From contig CBDDTI010000664.1 of NCBI GenBank assembly GCA_965233585.1, forward strand, positions 1 through 10,065: a DNA stretch of 10,065 nucleotides. The letters run 5' to 3'. Made by a program: the position numbers and the translations under genes. Origin of the DNA: a bacterium (GTDB lineage: Bacteria > SAR324 > NAC60-12). Under the pieces are notes generated by a model. The model had not been told where the DNA came from and ran no database searches. It was given only the letters and a program-made list of their open reading frames with translations. Within the stretch, counting starts at the first letter, position 1, and each line of letters starts with the position of its first letter. This document shows positions 8,260 through 10,065 of the stretch, piece by piece.

Positions 8260-10065
8260 TTTTCCGGCCATTGGGTTACGTTGCATAAAACATTTTCTTT
8301 TCCGGGGTGTCTGGTCCTCACAACTTTACTTGACAAGGCTAAGGACATTTATTCACACCGTAACAGCATGCAGGCCCCAAAGTTTTCAACCTCTAGCTAA
8401 GTGACATCGACAAAACACCTCCTGTCCCTTGGGAAAGGATTGGTTCTGAGGGTTGGGTCAAAGGGTCTTTGTTTTTGTTTGTTTGAGCTGAAGCAGACAC
8501 TTTTTGACGCGTCTTGTGGAGAATTGATTCCCGCAATGGCGAGGCTTGCCGGATTTGGAATATCAATGGACATATATATATATACGCGATATATATACCA
8601 GAAGTACCTGTACGAGGCGGGGCGGAAGTTGCCTTAAGGATTTACGAGACCTTTCTTATCTATAGAACTTACATGTGCCATGCGCCAGCCAAGCCCATGC
8701 GTGCGTGCATTCTGCAACAGTGGTGTGTTTGACATGTCTATCGATCTGGTAGAAGGCGATGTCCCGGAAAACGATGTAGGTTCCTATCCCAACCAGACCT
8801 CCAATACACACGAAGTTGCTGTAGGTCTTTTCTATGTTTCTTCTCCTCCAAGTTGTCGCGGTAAATCCGTTGCACAGCCTTGAGCGGCTTCAAGGGCGCC
8901 CTAAGAGCCCGGTGGCAACGGGGCAAATGGAAGGTAAGAAGAATGTGCACATGCATGTCACATGTGCAACATGATGCAGTGTTAGCTGGCATCGACACAG
9001 GTCGTAAAAAGAAAAAATAAATGAAGAGGTGTGGGAAAGGCCAAAAGTCTCTCCTGTACTTGCACAGCATTCAACGTACACGGCCAAAGGTGGAATTTAC
9101 AAAGATTCCCACTGGCAAATGTGGCACGGAATTCATTACCACCCTCAGAGGTTTGTAGTTCACCTTCTACGACCCCCACGGTCGCCAGTTGAGCTCGAAG
9201 GGCTCGTGCTTCATTTTCGCAGAGCGTTGCACATAGCACCATATGGAACACCAGAGAAGGCTATCATTCAAAGCTTGGAGCAGTTTGTGCTTGTGTTGGC
9301 GATTGATTCCGTTTTAATTTTTGAGGCGATGTTGGTATGGGAGCCGTGTTGTCTTCACAGGCCATCAGCCTGTCGATCTCGACTGGGGCAGGTAGTCCTC
9401 GGTGGCGGGGGGCAAATCAGCGATGAAATTTCGCCGGATCTGCTCATCGTGTCATCAGACCACACCTCGGAGCCTTCGCCCAGCAAGAAAGAGATCTCTG
9501 CTGCCGTGAAGCGTTGGCAGTCACTCACCGCTCTGGTTTGAGGGGTCGGCGGTACCTGTGTTTCTCCCTCAGCTGTTTCCACTGGCTCAGTTGTAGCCAT
9601 GAGACCATGGACTTCTCGGCATCCAGCACACTTGCCCAGGACATACGCAAATGCCAGGAAAAAGAAAAACCCGATGATCTTATCAAAGTTGAGGAAAATC
9701 CCAAACCCAAACTCAAAAACGGCCACGGGCACACTCTCATTCGCAAGAGCCATGCACGAAATCATTCCAATGCTCTTGTTTGAACTTGTTTTGCTCTGCT
9801 TGTGCTTTGCGGCGTGGTAGTGGCGCTTCGAGCAGAAATGCTTGCAACCTTCAGCGGGCAAACCACAGCAGTCCAAAAAAACCAAAAATCACTCTATCTT
9901 TGCTTCTGACTCCATCTCTTCGACCATGTCGATGCCATCCTTCAGCAACAGCAAGGCCCCAGGAATGAAACTTGCTGAAAAGAAAACGGCCATTGAAATC
10001 AAAATGGCATGTGAACGCATGACTGCAGCTGGAGGAGTGCTCAAGTGGTGCAACAGCCAACAACA
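8260..10065 (-). mobile_element. pol: Second decayed Ty3/Gypsy pol fossil: RT C-terminus, RNase H, integrase (runs off the right edge)
   Basis: Ordered minus-strand motifs with roughly expected spacing. RT end: FLFSKFHSWGLAVAEG (9985-9938), GFFGLLWFAR (9883-9854). RNase H: SVPVAVFEFGFGIFLNFD (9735-9682), AYVLGK (9648-9631), SFLLGEGSEVWSD (9492-9454, like YLLGxxFxVxTD), NFIADL (9430-9413, like NxxADxL). Integrase: HLPVGIFVNSTFGRVR (9121-9074), RAPLKPLKAVQRIYRD (from 8902), HRFPGHRLLPDR (8776-8741), KQKQRPFDPTLRTNPF (8480-8433), LEVENFGACMLLR (8396-8358, like GPY/F). The RT-RH-INT order excludes Ty1/copia. Confidence 0.68.
8572..8597. repeat. Short interrupted (AT)n microsatellite inside fossil 2
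   Basis: ATATATATATATA CGCG ATATATATA. Confidence 0.7.

Noticed and set aside
8945..9448. Gag-like reading (DEQIRRNFIADLPP plus CCTCDMHVH as a zinc knuckle)
   Set aside because: The surrounding ordered motifs fit the RNase H end (NxxAD) and integrase zinc-binding region better.
9029..9541. 170-aa plus-strand ORF
   Set aside because: No recognisable domain; antisense to the pol fossil.

Overview
Eukaryotic-looking, repeat-rich DNA with no intact protein-coding gene that I can support. Four layers are visible. (1) Two separate, heavily decayed Ty3/Gypsy-type LTR-retrotransposon pol fossils lie on the minus strand. One is at ~630-2560 (RNase H end, integrase, probable chromodomain) and the other at ~8260-10065 (RT end, RNase H, integrase). 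(2) A ~100-bp satellite-like repeat, itself a dimer of ~50-bp subunits with core GCCTGCCAC, forms short 3-5 unit arrays in both orientations; one array splits the first fossil between RNase H and integrase. (3) A head-to-tail triplication of a ~1.81-kb segment (858-6299, about 2% pairwise divergence by manual count) has ATGC microhomology at every junction, with one breakpoint inside the satellite and the other inside the integrase fossil. (4) A 25-bp minisatellite sits at 7175-7290. Most ORF-track entries are chance ORFs in these repeats or fragments of the fossils. Domain calls come from by-eye motif matching and need an HMM search. I found no CRISPR, RNA gene or functional novel system; the best lead is the apparently mobile satellite.
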